Shown: positions 1 through 11,075 of the stretch, one piece after another
How positions within the stretch are numbered: the stretch's first letter is position 1
How the letters are laid out: every line of letters begins with the position of its first letter
Origin: Ignavibacteriota bacterium
GTDB taxonomy: Bacteria; Bacteroidota; Ignavibacteria; UBA10030
Assembly (NCBI GenBank): GCA_963727825.1
Contig: CAVSHO010000010.1
Location: forward strand, 160,001 to 224,000
Direction: 5' to 3'
Length of the DNA: 64,000 nt
Translations under genes and position numbers: made by a program
Notes under the pieces: generated by a model
Told to the model about the DNA's origin: nothing
The model's database searches: none
Seen by the model: the letters and a program-made list of their open reading frames with translations, nothing else

Positions 1-154
1 ATCATTACAGGGAATCCAATTGGGTTTGATCAATATTGTAAAATCAAATCCTGTCCCATTCGGAGTATTGCCTATTATAAACTTTAGGTTTTAATTAACA
101 TAAAAACAGATGGATTCCCTACGCTTGGTTGTTGGTTATGCCGATAAAAACAGA

Positions 155-186
155 AAAGCCAATGTCAACGACATTGGCTTTCTTTT
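155..186. terminator. Probable bidirectional intrinsic terminator after the aldehyde dehydrogenase gene
   Basis: AAAGCCAATGTC-aac-GACATTGGCTTT inverted repeat with A/T runs on both sides, just past the stop at 203. Confidence 0.7.
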
Positions 187-202
187 ATACAATTAGGTTC
201 CA

Positions 203-1771
203 TTATTTTTGAAATGTTCTTAAAAAGACTGGCACAAGCCGTAGCCCACCCTTGAGTCTTTTTCCTAGTTTTTTCGAATACAGAAACTCCAGTGCTCCTT
301 TCAATCCTTCGTACACTTTCTTGTTATGCGGGTGCCACCACATATTCTTTTGCACAAATGGAAGAATATCAACCACGACACAACGCGGCTGCGTCATTTC
401 TTCTAAACCGATATACCCATGCGTACGGCCAATGCCAGATTCTTTCCAACCGCCCCATGGAGTTTCTGCAAGTCCATGACTCATAAGGTGATCATTGATC
501 ATAACAGAACCTACCTCGAGTCGAGATGCAATTTCATGTCCCTTGCGTCGATTTTCCGTCCAAACTGAAGCAGTTAATCCTAATGTTGAAGCATTGGCAT
601 GAGCAATTGCTTCCTCTATGCTTTCAACTTTTTGTACAGCAAGTATCGGGCCGAATATCTCTTCGTTCACCACCTTCATATCGTTATTAATGTTTTCCAG
701 AAGCACTGGTGGACAAAATAATCCTTTATTTATCTTTTCAATATTCACAATTTCAGGATATGATTTTGCTCCTTTTTTAACAGCATCTTTAAGAAAGCTT
801 TGCATTTTTTTCCATTGCTGTTCTGTGGTCATAGAGCCAATATCAACATTCGAGTCAATATCAACTCCTTGTTTTAATTTGCCCATCTTAGTCTTTAGGA
901 TTGCAATAAATTTTTCATACACTTTTGATTCCACATAAATTCGTTCGACACCGGCACATGATTGACCGGCATTCGAAAGCCCCGCCCATATCGCTCCACT
1001 TGCCGCACGATATAGATTCGCGTCACCGCAAACAATCATAGCATCGTTACCTCCCAATTCCAAAGAAAGTGGAATAAGGTGTTTCGCTGCCTTTCGCATC
1101 AATTCTTTACCTACCGGTACCGAGCCGGTGAAGAATAGTTTATTGATCCCAGAATTCAAAAATGCATCGCCTGCAATTTTTCCCGGTAGATTAATTAGAT
1201 TGAAAATATCCTTCGGCAGCTTTCCAGCTTCAACACATTCTTTTATGATTTTACCGACTTCTAATGAATGAGACGCCACTTTGAGCACAACACCATTTCC
1301 TGCAATGAGTGCCATAGCAATTTCATGGAATGGAATTGAAAATGGGTAATTCCACGGACTGATGATGCCAACCACACCCATTGGGACCCGATCTACGTAG
1401 GACCGTTTATTAATCGTCAAAATACTGCCACCGCTTAACCGTTTCCGTTTCAGAATTCTTTTTGCACTTTTTGCGTAATACGTTATGGCCATCGAAGTAG
1501 AAAGCACTTCGGTGCTGAGAGCATCCATTTTTGTCTTACCGCTCTCCTTCGATATGACATCAGAAATTCTATCAACATTCTCTACAATGTAATCTCGAGT
1601 CGCTAAAAGATATTGCGCTCGCTCTTGAAAACTTAGCTTTGCCCATCCAAGTTGAGCGATTTTTGCAAGGGCAACAGCTCTTTCCAATTCTTCGACAGTA
1701 TCCTCAAGCGTTTTGCCTATGATTTCTCCAGTTGCGGGATTGATTGATGTTGTTATCTTTTTTGATTGCAT
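203..1771 (-). CDS. NAD(P)-dependent aldehyde dehydrogenase
   Basis: Motifs ISPWNYP, FTGS, LELGGND, NAGQSC (catalytic Cys), EEIFGP and PWGGWKESG. ATG at 1771 preferred over the TTG at 1819. Confidence 0.93.
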   Translation of the reverse strand: MQSKKITTSINPATGEIIGKTLEDTVEELERAVALAKIAQLGWAKLSFQERAQYLLATRDYIVENVDRISDVISKESGKTKMDALSTEVLSTSMAITYYAKSAKRILKRKRLSGGSILTINKRSYVDRVPMGVVGIISPWNYPFSIPFHEIAMALIAGNGVVLKVASHSLEVGKIIKECVEAGKLPKDIFNLINLPGKIAGDAFLNSGINKLFFTGSVPVGKELMRKAAKHLIPLSLELGGNDAMIVCGDANLYRAASGAIWAGLSNAGQSCAGVERIYVESKVYEKFIAILKTKMGKLKQGVDIDSNVDIGSMTTEQQWKKMQSFLKDAVKKGAKSYPEIVNIEKINKGLFCPPVLLENINNDMKVVNEEIFGPILAVQKVESIEEAIAHANASTLGLTASVWTENRRKGHEIASRLEVGSVMINDHLMSHGLAETPWGGWKESGIGRTHGYIGLEEMTQPRCVVVDILPFVQKNMWWHPHNKKVYEGLKGALEFLYSKKLGKRLKGGLRLVPVFLRTFQK

Positions 1772-1852
1772 GGCGATATCCTGATTAGAGATTGAAGGTT
1801 TTAGATTTGAGATGTCCAATTAATTGATTTATGATTTAGTGATCGATATCCA

Positions 1853-2677
1853 TCATTGTTTCCTACCATACCAGGTTTTCATACTTCCCGCAACTCCCAT
1901 GATAATAAGGAATCGTTGGAACCAGCGATCCGGCATCAAAGCTCTAAAGCGAAGATTGAGATTAATCGTGCTTGGACGCTTGGGGGAATATTTCCCCTTC
2001 TTTAATGCATCGTTGATTATTGCCTTTGCAATGACGTCATGATTTTTCACTAAAGGAACAATCCATCTCCCAGGAATCCCTAACTTCGCGCCTTCGAACA
2101 TTCCAGTTGCGATATATCCGGGATGAATAGAAGAAAATTTTACTCCAGATTTTCCATTCCCTAAAGCTTCCATCCGAATTGATTCTGTTAATCCCCATAC
2201 AGCCCATTTGGTTGCGGCATATACTGCGAGCCCTGCAACTCCGATAGTCCCTGCAGCAGAAGAGATGTTTACGATATGTCCGATATTGCGATCGTACATT
2301 CCAGGAAGAAATGCTCTTGTTGTATAAAGCAATGCCTTTAAATTCACATCGATAGTTCTTTCCCAATCTGCATCAGGCCGTTCTAGAAATTCTCCTCCTG
2401 AAACATAGCCTGCATTGTTGATCAGGATATCAACTTTGCCCATCTCCTTAGCCGCTTTCTTGGCAAGTTTATACACTTGTTCTTTTTGGGTCACATCGCA
2501 TTGGTGAAGAAACACTTTCCCTAATGCAGAAAGTTCTTGCTTTGCCTGTTTGAGAGCGGCTTGATTTAAATCCCAGACAGTAACAACAACCCCTTCCATA
2601 AGAAGTCGTTTACTTGTAGCAAGCCCAATACCCATTGCGCCACCTGTAACAATTGCACATTTATCTTTGAGTTCCAT
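1853..2677 (-). CDS. Short-chain dehydrogenase/reductase (SDR)
   Basis: TGGAMGIG, NNAG and catalytic YAATK motifs. Confidence 0.93.
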   Translation of the reverse strand: MELKDKCAIVTGGAMGIGLATSKRLLMEGVVVTVWDLNQAALKQAKQELSALGKVFLHQCDVTQKEQVYKLAKKAAKEMGKVDILINNAGYVSGGEFLERPDADWERTIDVNLKALLYTTRAFLPGMYDRNIGHIVNISSAAGTIGVAGLAVYAATKWAVWGLTESIRMEALGNGKSGVKFSSIHPGYIATGMFEGAKLGIPGRWIVPLVKNHDVIAKAIINDALKKGKYSPKRPSTINLNLRFRALMPDRWFQRFLIIMGVAGSMKTWYGRKQ

Positions 2678-2717
2678 AATATTGATCCATCCAATCGTTG
2701 AAAAAAAGTGAGTATTA

Positions 2718-3263
2718 CTATTGACGCAATTTATATATCGCAGAAATATTGAATCCCCATTCGGTTGCTTTTTGAATTAATTCATTATAAACGGCGTCGT
2801 CTAAATGTGGTGTCCGGCTCAATATCCAAAAATATTTCTTTGAACTGCTTGTTACCATAGCATAAGAGTAATTTGCCGTATCGAGTTCGATTACTTTGTA
2901 GTCTGCGTAAAAAAACCAGAAAAAACTTACTTCAAGAAAAGCATCGGTATTAGAATCTTTTATGCGTGCCTTACCATTTGCTTCCTTCCATTCCCCTTTA
3001 ATTGTATCGAATCCTTTATTGAGCACATTTATCTTGCCATCATCGCGCAATGCATATGTAGCAGTCACTTTATCCAATCCATTTTCAAACGAGTGGGGAA
3101 GGCGTGCTATTTCATACCATGTTCCGAGATACTTTTGAAGATCGAAGGATTTAACCGCTGGAATGGATTCCGTGCTCATTTCTTTCGAAACTGAACACCC
3201 ATATAAGGGCACAAGAATGAGTGGGAAACTAAAAAAGATCGAGGATAATTGAGTAGGATTCAT
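2718..3263 (-). CDS. blc: Bacterial lipocalin (Blc-like) lipoprotein
   Basis: Lipobox LYGC; lipocalin motifs YLGTWYEIAR and WILSR; GGAGG RBS before the ATG at 3263. Confidence 0.88.
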   Translation of the reverse strand: MNPTQLSSIFFSFPLILVPLYGCSVSKEMSTESIPAVKSFDLQKYLGTWYEIARLPHSFENGLDKVTATYALRDDGKINVLNKGFDTIKGEWKEANGKARIKDSNTDAFLEVSFFWFFYADYKVIELDTANYSYAMVTSSSKKYFWILSRTPHLDDAVYNELIQKATEWGFNISAIYKLRQ

Positions 3264-3395
3264 CCTGACCTCCTTTTTGTGTGTTGGATGTGGCATAGTT
3301 TGATAACGACAAAAGGTAAAGAAAATGAATGGAAAGAGCAAAGGGAGAATGACGCCCAGGTAATATAGGAGACCTATCCTTTTTTTGAAGATATT

Positions 3396-3514
3396 TTATT
3401 TCACTCGCTCCCAATACTGGCAAAGCCATGGAATAATTCGGAAAAGGGGATGCGACCTAAGTTTATCGAAAAATTTGAGTCAAGATATCGAGGATGAAGT
3501 GTCCATAATCCCAT
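3396..3514 (-). pseudogene. Internally deleted remnant of a pyrimidine-dimer DNA glycosylase (T4 endonuclease V-like) gene
   Basis: ATG at 3514 gives MGLWTLHPRYLDS (family start recalled as MRLWSLHPxYLD); a shifted frame gives HPLFRIIP....WERVK*, resembling the family C-terminus. Confidence 0.55.
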
Positions 3515-3579
3515 AAAGCTCGATTTTTTCTAATGGTATTCACTACATCCAAATGTGCAAATTAAGTGTCGCGTGATTT

Positions 3580-3942
3580 TTAATTTACAAAAACACTCAA
3601 CTCTTTACCAATTGCATCAACGAGAGCTTCTTTTGGTAATGCCCCGACAGACATCTTTGGCTTGCCTTCTTTCGGAATGAAGAGCATTGATGGAATACTG
3701 CGAATACCAAATATGCCAGCAAGTTCTTGTTCGTCATCTACATTAATCTTGTAGAAATTTACTTTACCGGTATATTCTGTTGACAGTTCGTCGATAATAG
3801 GTCCCACCATTCGGCACGGTCCGCACCATGGCGCCCAGAAATCAACCACTGCCGGAATATCGCCTTCAAATTTCCATTCCTTGTTTTTTTTATAATTAAA
3901 TATTTTTTGTAAAAATGTTTCTTTTGTTAAATGCTCAGCCAT
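3580..3942 (-). CDS. trxA: Thioredoxin
   Basis: DFWAPWCGPC active site and IRSIP cis-Pro motif. Confidence 0.95.
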   Translation of the reverse strand: MAEHLTKETFLQKIFNYKKNKEWKFEGDIPAVVDFWAPWCGPCRMVGPIIDELSTEYTGKVNFYKINVDDEQELAGIFGIRSIPSMLFIPKEGKPKMSVGALPKEALVDAIGKELSVFVN

Positions 3943-4070
3943 TATCAATTCCTCTATTTATAATTGCTTCACCATCTATGACCTTGTTTATTCCTTAACG
4001 CTTTTGTGAGATGATGAGTTCCGGAAAAAGATTCAATAGAAAAAGGAATGAGAGTTATTGCTATGAAATA

Positions 4071-4103
4071 AAAAAACGGATCGATTTATTCAATCGACCC
4101 GTT
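4071..4103 (-). terminator. Intrinsic terminator
   Basis: Minus-strand AACGGGTCGATT...AATCGATCCGTT hairpin followed by a T run, downstream of the spy-like gene. Confidence 0.6.
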
Positions 4104-4133
4104 CGAATTGTCTTTTATTCTATTACAATTATC

Positions 4134-4629
4134 TTATTTTGACATTTGCTGTTCATGCCGTGTTGACGACTGTTGTCTTTTATCCATTCGTTTCATCATC
4201 CCATGTTTCATCATCCATCATCTCATGCTGTCTAAATGCTTGTCTTTCTCCTAGAGCTTTTTTCCATATTTTTTGCTGATCCGGCGTAAGTAATTTATTA
4301 ACGGCAAACCAAGAGTTAATCTTGATCATATGCATCTGCACTCTTAGAACTGCTATGTCACCGATCTTCTTCTCAATGGCTGATTTGTCTGGGGCATCTG
4401 CTTTAAGTAGTTGCCGAAGCTCAATGCCCGCGGTTTCCACTTTTGCTTTTTGGGCAATTGTTTGCTTCTCCGCATCAAAATGAATCTTTTCAACATCCTT
4501 CTTTTGCTCATCGGTTAGATTGAGCTTCTCCATGAACTTTTTGATCTGCTTCGCCTCGTTCGGCTGGCCATATAATTGAGTGCCTAATATCATCACAGCA
4601 GCCGCCATCAATATTGCAAGTCGTTTCAT
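4134..4629 (-). CDS. Spy/CpxP-family periplasmic chaperone, with an apparent +1 indel near 4215
   Basis: Signal peptide MKRLAILMAAAV; LNLTDEQ and LLTPDQQ (LTxxQ) motifs. Removing one base at 4215-4216 gives a Met-rich tail ending at 4134; as given the frame stops at 4180. Confidence 0.75.
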
Positions 4630-4833
4630 TGTCTTTCTCCTTTTATTAGTGACTTCAATAGTTTGATGCATTACGAGTATAAAAGGTTTAAGAGGATATT
4701 GGAGGAAAATAAAAAGGGTCGGTATTTGACCAACCCTTAATAAAAACATAAACCAACCAATCAGGAAGAAAATGTCTGAAAATGTTACACAACCCTATAC
4801 AGCTGTCTGAACGCTTACTTATAGCAAATTTAT

Positions 4834-5928
4834 TTATTGATCCTTCGGCTGAAATTTTTCTACTTCTTCTAAAATAGTCGAAACAATTTCGCTTTCTTTG
4901 ACACGCTTGATCATCTCACCTTTGCGATAGAGAATGCCGACTCCTTTGCCTGCTGCAATACCAATATCTGCAGAGCTTGCCTCGCCCGGTCCATTGACAA
5001 CACAGCCCAAGACAGCAATAGTCACAGGCTTCTTCACATTCGCCAACTTTTCTTCAAGCTCGCCCATAATTCTAAACAGATCAACTTCGATCCGGCCGCA
5101 AGTCGGGCAAGCAATTAATTCGATATTACGCGAAGCAAGATTTAGTGAGCGCAGAATTTCCTTGCCAACTTCAACTTCCTTAACTGGATCGTCAGTTAGC
5201 GAAACACGAATTGTATCGCCAATGCCTTCAGCAAGCAATGCACCGATACCCACCGCCGATTTGATCGTGCCGCTGCGTGTTGGTCCAGCTTCTGTTACTC
5301 CAAGATGCAGAGGAATATCTGTCCGCTCAGCAACAAGCCGATAAGCTTCAATCATCAATTTTACATCTGTGGATTTTACTGAGATGACGATATCTTTGAA
5401 ATTATATTCATCACAAATTCCCACGTGACGCATTGCGCTTTCAAACAATGCTTCTGCCGTTGGATAGCCATATTTCTTAAGGATATCATCTTCCAGCGAA
5501 CCGGAATTTACGCCGATACGAATTGGAATATTACGTTCTTTTGCAGCTGTTAGTACTTGTTTAATACGATCCTTTGATCCGATATTACCGGGGTTGATGC
5601 GCACTTTCGCTACGCCTGCTTCAATTGCCTTCAGAGCGAAGATGTGATTAAAATGAATATCTGCGACAATTGGCACAGGCGATCGTTTTACAATCTCAGT
5701 CATCGCAGCCGCAGCTTCTTTATCATTTACCGTCACCCGAACAATATCAGCACCTGCCTCCGCTGCAGCCTTAATTTGTGCAATGGTACCTGCAATATCA
5801 TCCGTTTTTGTTTTTGTCATTGTTTGAATGGAAATCGGTGCATCGCCGCCAATTTTTATGCCGCCGACATTCACTTGCCGGGTTTTCCTTCGTGTAGTTA
5901 CCTTATATGTCTTATGCTGTTGGCTCAT
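4834..5928 (-). CDS. ispG: (E)-4-hydroxy-3-methylbut-2-enyl-diphosphate synthase
   Basis: VADIHF, RINPGN, RIGVNSGSL, GDTIRVSL, CPTCGR and GCVVNGPGE motifs. Confidence 0.97.
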   Translation of the reverse strand: MSQQHKTYKVTTRRKTRQVNVGGIKIGGDAPISIQTMTKTKTDDIAGTIAQIKAAAEAGADIVRVTVNDKEAAAAMTEIVKRSPVPIVADIHFNHIFALKAIEAGVAKVRINPGNIGSKDRIKQVLTAAKERNIPIRIGVNSGSLEDDILKKYGYPTAEALFESAMRHVGICDEYNFKDIVISVKSTDVKLMIEAYRLVAERTDIPLHLGVTEAGPTRSGTIKSAVGIGALLAEGIGDTIRVSLTDDPVKEVEVGKEILRSLNLASRNIELIACPTCGRIEVDLFRIMGELEEKLANVKKPVTIAVLGCVVNGPGEASSADIGIAAGKGVGILYRKGEMIKRVKESEIVSTILEEVEKFQPKDQ

Positions 5929-5958
5929 CGATCATCTTTCTTTCTATACAAAAACAAA

Positions 5959-5982
5959 GGGCACGATATATCGTTCCCCTAC
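5959..5982 (-). repeat. GTAG-type REP-like palindrome
   Basis: Minus strand GTAG-GGGAACGATATATCGTGCCC: GTAG tetranucleotide followed by an imperfect palindrome, intergenic. Confidence 0.55.
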
Positions 5983-5985
5983 AAA

Positions 5986-6897
5986 TTAATTCATTCGTTT
6001 ACTGGCTTCAAAGAGAATTTTCTTTTCTTCTTCCGATAAACTTTGGTATCCGCTTTGGCTGATTTTATCAAGAATCTCGTCGATGCGCTTTTGAGCATCA
6101 ACTGGTTTTTCCTTTGGTTCAAATGCTTTTGCTTCGTTTATATCAAATACTTTTGCATCCACCACATTGCCGGTAGAAGTAGTTGGATTGCTCCAAGGTG
6201 CAGAAGACATCCATGATCGAGAAGTTCCGCGGCTTTTTCTTCGTATCAATTGTCGACGATCATACAAGATATAAAGATATCCAGCGACCGCTCCGCCAAG
6301 ATGTGCAAGATTGGCAACATTCCCTTGTCCACCAACAGACATCACACCAAAGACAATCAGGATAATGACAAAGTATTTCACTTTTACAGGAATTAAGAAA
6401 TAAAGATATATGTATCTATCCGGAAAGATAGCGGCAAATGCAATCATCACGCCATAAATTGCTCCAGATGCTCCGACAGTTGGGCCAAGCGCTGGTTCAA
6501 AGATGGGTGAAAGTATCAACTGTGATATTCCTGCCGCGACACCGCAGGATAAATAATAAATAAGAAATTTCTTTGATCCCCAAACATGTTCGACTTCCAT
6601 TCCAAACATCCATAATCCGAACACCATATTAAAAAAGAGATGCCAGAAATTGGCATGCACAAACTGATAGGTAATAAGCTGCCAGATGTAAAACCCATGC
6701 CCCAAAGGCATCAAACCAAAAAATCGGTCAAAAATTTCACTAAATCCTATGTCTCCGAAATGGAATGACCCAAAGAACATTTCCAACAAAAATACGCCCC
6801 CGTTGGCAATCAATAGTGCCTTGATTACAGGTGGGAAAAATTGAAATCCTCCAAACGCTGAAGGACGATAGTAATTGCCTTGATTGTTGTAAGCCAT
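5986..6897 (-). CDS. Rhomboid-family intramembrane serine protease with soluble C-terminal tail
   Basis: HLFFN, GASG (catalytic Ser), AHLGG (catalytic His); tail IDEILDKISQSGYQSL. Confidence 0.93.
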   Translation of the reverse strand: MAYNNQGNYYRPSAFGGFQFFPPVIKALLIANGGVFLLEMFFGSFHFGDIGFSEIFDRFFGLMPLGHGFYIWQLITYQFVHANFWHLFFNMVFGLWMFGMEVEHVWGSKKFLIYYLSCGVAAGISQLILSPIFEPALGPTVGASGAIYGVMIAFAAIFPDRYIYLYFLIPVKVKYFVIILIVFGVMSVGGQGNVANLAHLGGAVAGYLYILYDRRQLIRRKSRGTSRSWMSSAPWSNPTTSTGNVVDAKVFDINEAKAFEPKEKPVDAQKRIDEILDKISQSGYQSLSEEEKKILFEASKRMN

Positions 6898-6909
6898 TTT
6901 TAGATTTTC

Positions 6910-6939
6910 TGCGCCAGAGGCGCATCCGTCTTCGGCGGA
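6910..6939. repeat. 30-bp double-hairpin mini-element (family A)
   Basis: TGCGCC-AGA-GGCGCA-TCCGTC-TTC-GGCGGA; related copies at 34042 and 38577. Confidence 0.75.
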
Positions 6940-7046
6940 GATTTAATGATTTTATGATTTTGTGATTGATAAAAAATGGTGTCATTATTTATCTGACAGC
7001 CAATTACTTTATTTTTTACCTTTTACTTTTTATCTTTTACCTTTTT

Positions 7047-8311
7047 TTACTTATCATTCAGTGCTGCAACACCGGGAAGAACTTTTCCTTCTAAGAATTC
7101 TAACGATGCTCCGCCTCCTGTTGAGACATGTGACACAGCTTTATCGAGTCCGGCTTGAGCTATTGCCGAGGCAGAATCTCCACCGCCAACGACGGTAATC
7201 GCGCCGGCTTTTGTTGCAGTAGCTAACGCTTGCGCGACGGCAGTAGTTCCTTTTGCAAAGTTCGACATCTCGAACACACCCATTGGTCCGTTCCACACTA
7301 CCGTTTTAGCTTTCACGATTTCGTCATTATATATTTTTATGGTCTCTGGACCGATATCCATTCCTATCCAATCGGACGGAATTTCGTTGATTTTCACTAT
7401 TTTGTTGCCGCCGCATTATCAAATTTATCGGACACAACACAATCGACCGGCAGCATTAATCTTACTTTTTTTGCTTTAGCTTCATCAAGAATTTTCTTTG
7501 CTAATTCAATTTTATCTTCTTCTAATAATGATTTACCGATTTCCAATCCTTGTGCCTTGTAAAACGTGAACATCATTCCGCCGCCGATAAGCAGTGCATC
7601 TACTTTGTTCATAAGATTCTGTATGACATCAATCTTGCCGGAAATTTTTGCACCACCGATAATTGCAACATAAGGCTTTGCCGGATTTTCGACTGCTTTG
7701 CCAAGATACGCCAGCTCTTTCTCCATCAAAAATCCTGCAACTGCCGGCAAATAATGTGCAATAGTTTCTGTAGATGCATGTGCGCGGTGTGCAGTACCAA
7801 ACGCATCGTTCACGAAGATATCGCCGTATGAAGCAAGTTCCTTTGCCATTTGTTCGCGTTCCGCCGGATCTTTTGAAGTCTCTTGTTTATGAAAGCGAGT
7901 ATTCTCCAGCATCAATATTTCGCCGTCCTTCAATCCATCCACCATAGCTTTTGTTTCCGGACCGATTGCTGCAGGAGCAAGTTTCACCGGTTTATTCAAC
8001 AGTTGCGAGAGATGCTCGACGATCGGTTTCATTTTATGTTTGCCTTCGATGAACTTTGCTTCATCGAACGGTTTGCCATCTTTCTCGGCTTTCTCTTTTG
8101 CCTTCTGAGTATCTTTTTTTGGATCTCCGAGATGCGACATTAGTACGAGATATTTTGGTTTTTGGTCAAGTACATATTTGATAGTTGGAAGTGCTGCACG
8201 CATTCGAATGTCATCTTGAATGACGCCGTTCTTTAATGGTACGTTAAAATCAACGCGCATAATAACGCGCTTGCCGGTAAAGTTCATATCGCTCACAGTT
8301 TTCTTATTCAT
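7047..8311 (-). CDS. pgk: Phosphoglycerate kinase, split by a 1-bp deletion in an A run at 7400-7403
   Basis: [26 protein letters not shown] in the first ORF; [23 protein letters not shown] in the second. One extra A joins them (ATKIVKINE). Confidence 0.95.
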
Positions 8312-8375
8312 TGTTTTTCTCCGCGAAGAGATGGATGTTTGACTATTCCGGCAAAGCCGGAGTTTCTTTTATATA

Positions 8376-8460
8376 TAAAAAACGGGCTTCGACCCGATAA
8401 GTCGTCAGCCCGATGCAGAAAAACATTCTGCCCAATGCATTTACGCACCGGGCAGATAAA
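8376..8460 (-). terminator. Two tandem hairpins with T tails between gap and pgk
   Basis: Minus strand TCTGCCCGGTGC...GCATTGGGCAGA-atgttttt, then CGGGCT...AGCCCG-TTTTTT. Confidence 0.55.
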
Positions 8461-8479
8461 GATTGAATACTTTTGAGTC

Positions 8480-9604
<1,125 letters not shown>

Positions 9605-9608
9605 CTAA

Positions 9609-9637
9609 AATTTAGATAGAAATCGATTGAAATGCAA
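9609..9637 (-). promoter_or_regulatory. Putative sigma70-type promoter of gap-pgk
   Basis: TTGCAT-N17-TAAATT; same pattern as upstream of guaB, 20070, nif3 and ruvB. Confidence 0.5.
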
Positions 9638-9657
9638 GAACGAGAAATTGACTGCGT

Positions 9658-11025
9658 TTATTCCTTACTTTCATCTTCATCTTTAGCCAATCCGTAACGT
9701 TTCATTTTTGTGTAAAGATGGCTGCGCTGGATTTCCATAGCTTCAGCTGTTTTGGTAATGTTCCATTTGTGAATTTCCAATTGCTTTTTAATGAACGCTG
9801 CTTCGGCACGTTCTTTGAATTCCTGAAATGTTTCATTGATATCGAGTGATCCCAAATCCGTGTCACCAACATTTCCAAACGTATCGAGCACAGTAATGTC
9901 AATCGAATTACCGTGCGATAAAATGATCAGACGTTCGACTGCATTTTTCAATTCACGCACATTGCCAGGCCAATCGCGCTGAAGAAGAACATTAATCGCG
10001 CCACTGGATATTGCCTTACGCGCAATTCCGTTCCGTGAACAAACATCATCAATAAACGATTGAACGAGGATAGGAATATCATCTCGATGTTCCCGCAGAG
10101 CTGGTGCGTGAATAGGGATGACATTAAGCCGGTGAAAGAGATCATTACGAAAATTCCCTTTGCCAATTTCCTCATCCAATTTTTTATTAGTTGCCGAAAG
10201 AACACGAACATCAACAGAAATGAGTTTGCTGCCGCCAACGCGCTCGATCTTTCCTTCTTCCAATGCACGCAGAACTTTCGCTTGCGCCTGCAAACTCATG
10301 TCGCCAATTTCGTCAAGGAACAGCGTTCCACCGTCCGCCTGTTCGAACTTGCCAATTCGTTGTGCTATTGCTCCTGTAAAGGAACCTTTTTCGTGACCGA
10401 ACAATTCTGATTCAATCATTTCAGAAGGAATCGCCGCACAGTTAACTTCCACGAACGATTTCGTATTGCGCTTGCTGGCACGATGAATAGCGTGCGCGAT
10501 TAGTTCTTTCCCTGTTCCATTTTCACCTGTGATCAACACGCGAGCATCCGTAGGCGCTACCTGATTGATAACGGCAAGTATCTCTTTAATCTTCTCTCCC
10601 TCGCCAATAATACGCCGCTTACCTTCAACACTTTCCTGCAACCTCTCGTAGTCTTCTGAAAGCTTTGCCTGTTGTATCGCATTGCGAATGGTAATAAGAA
10701 GTTTATTGCGGTCAAGTGGTTTGGAAAGAAAATCGAACGCACCGAGCTTTGTCGCTTCTACAGCCGTTTCAATAGTCCCGTGGCCGGAAATCATTACCAC
10801 CGGCAGTTTTCCACTCTTCTGTCGAATCTTTGTCAATACTTCGATACCGTCCATGCCGGACATTTTCACGTCAAGCAAAACAACATCAACCGGCAAGCGG
10901 TCAATTTTCTGCAACCCTTGTTCACCGTTCTCAGCAAACTCAACTTCGTAACGATCGTATTCAAGAATCATTTTGAGCGATTCACGAACAGATTTGTCAT
11001 CGTCAACAATAAGAATAGTTTTCAT
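9658..11025 (-). CDS. Sigma54-dependent response regulator (NtrC/NtrX family; receiver-AAA+-HTH)
   Basis: Receiver (VDDD, LLDVKM, SKP), GENGTGKE, ELFGHEKGSFTGA, LFLDEIG, WPGNVREL and Fis-type HTH. Confidence 0.95.
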   Translation of the reverse strand: MKTILIVDDDKSVRESLKMILEYDRYEVEFAENGEQGLQKIDRLPVDVVLLDVKMSGMDGIEVLTKIRQKSGKLPVVMISGHGTIETAVEATKLGAFDFLSKPLDRNKLLITIRNAIQQAKLSEDYERLQESVEGKRRIIGEGEKIKEILAVINQVAPTDARVLITGENGTGKELIAHAIHRASKRNTKSFVEVNCAAIPSEMIESELFGHEKGSFTGAIAQRIGKFEQADGGTLFLDEIGDMSLQAQAKVLRALEEGKIERVGGSKLISVDVRVLSATNKKLDEEIGKGNFRNDLFHRLNVIPIHAPALREHRDDIPILVQSFIDDVCSRNGIARKAISSGAINVLLQRDWPGNVRELKNAVERLIILSHGNSIDITVLDTFGNVGDTDLGSLDINETFQEFKERAEAAFIKKQLEIHKWNITKTAEAMEIQRSHLYTKMKRYGLAKDEDESKE

Positions 11026-11075
11026 TTGATTTATCGACAATTAGATTCCTGTGTTCAATGGAATAAGTCTATTAT

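Noticed and set aside
7390-7410. Programmed frameshift or genuinely split pgk
   Set aside because: No slippery heptamer or stimulatory structure; a one-base homopolymer error explains it, as at three other sites.
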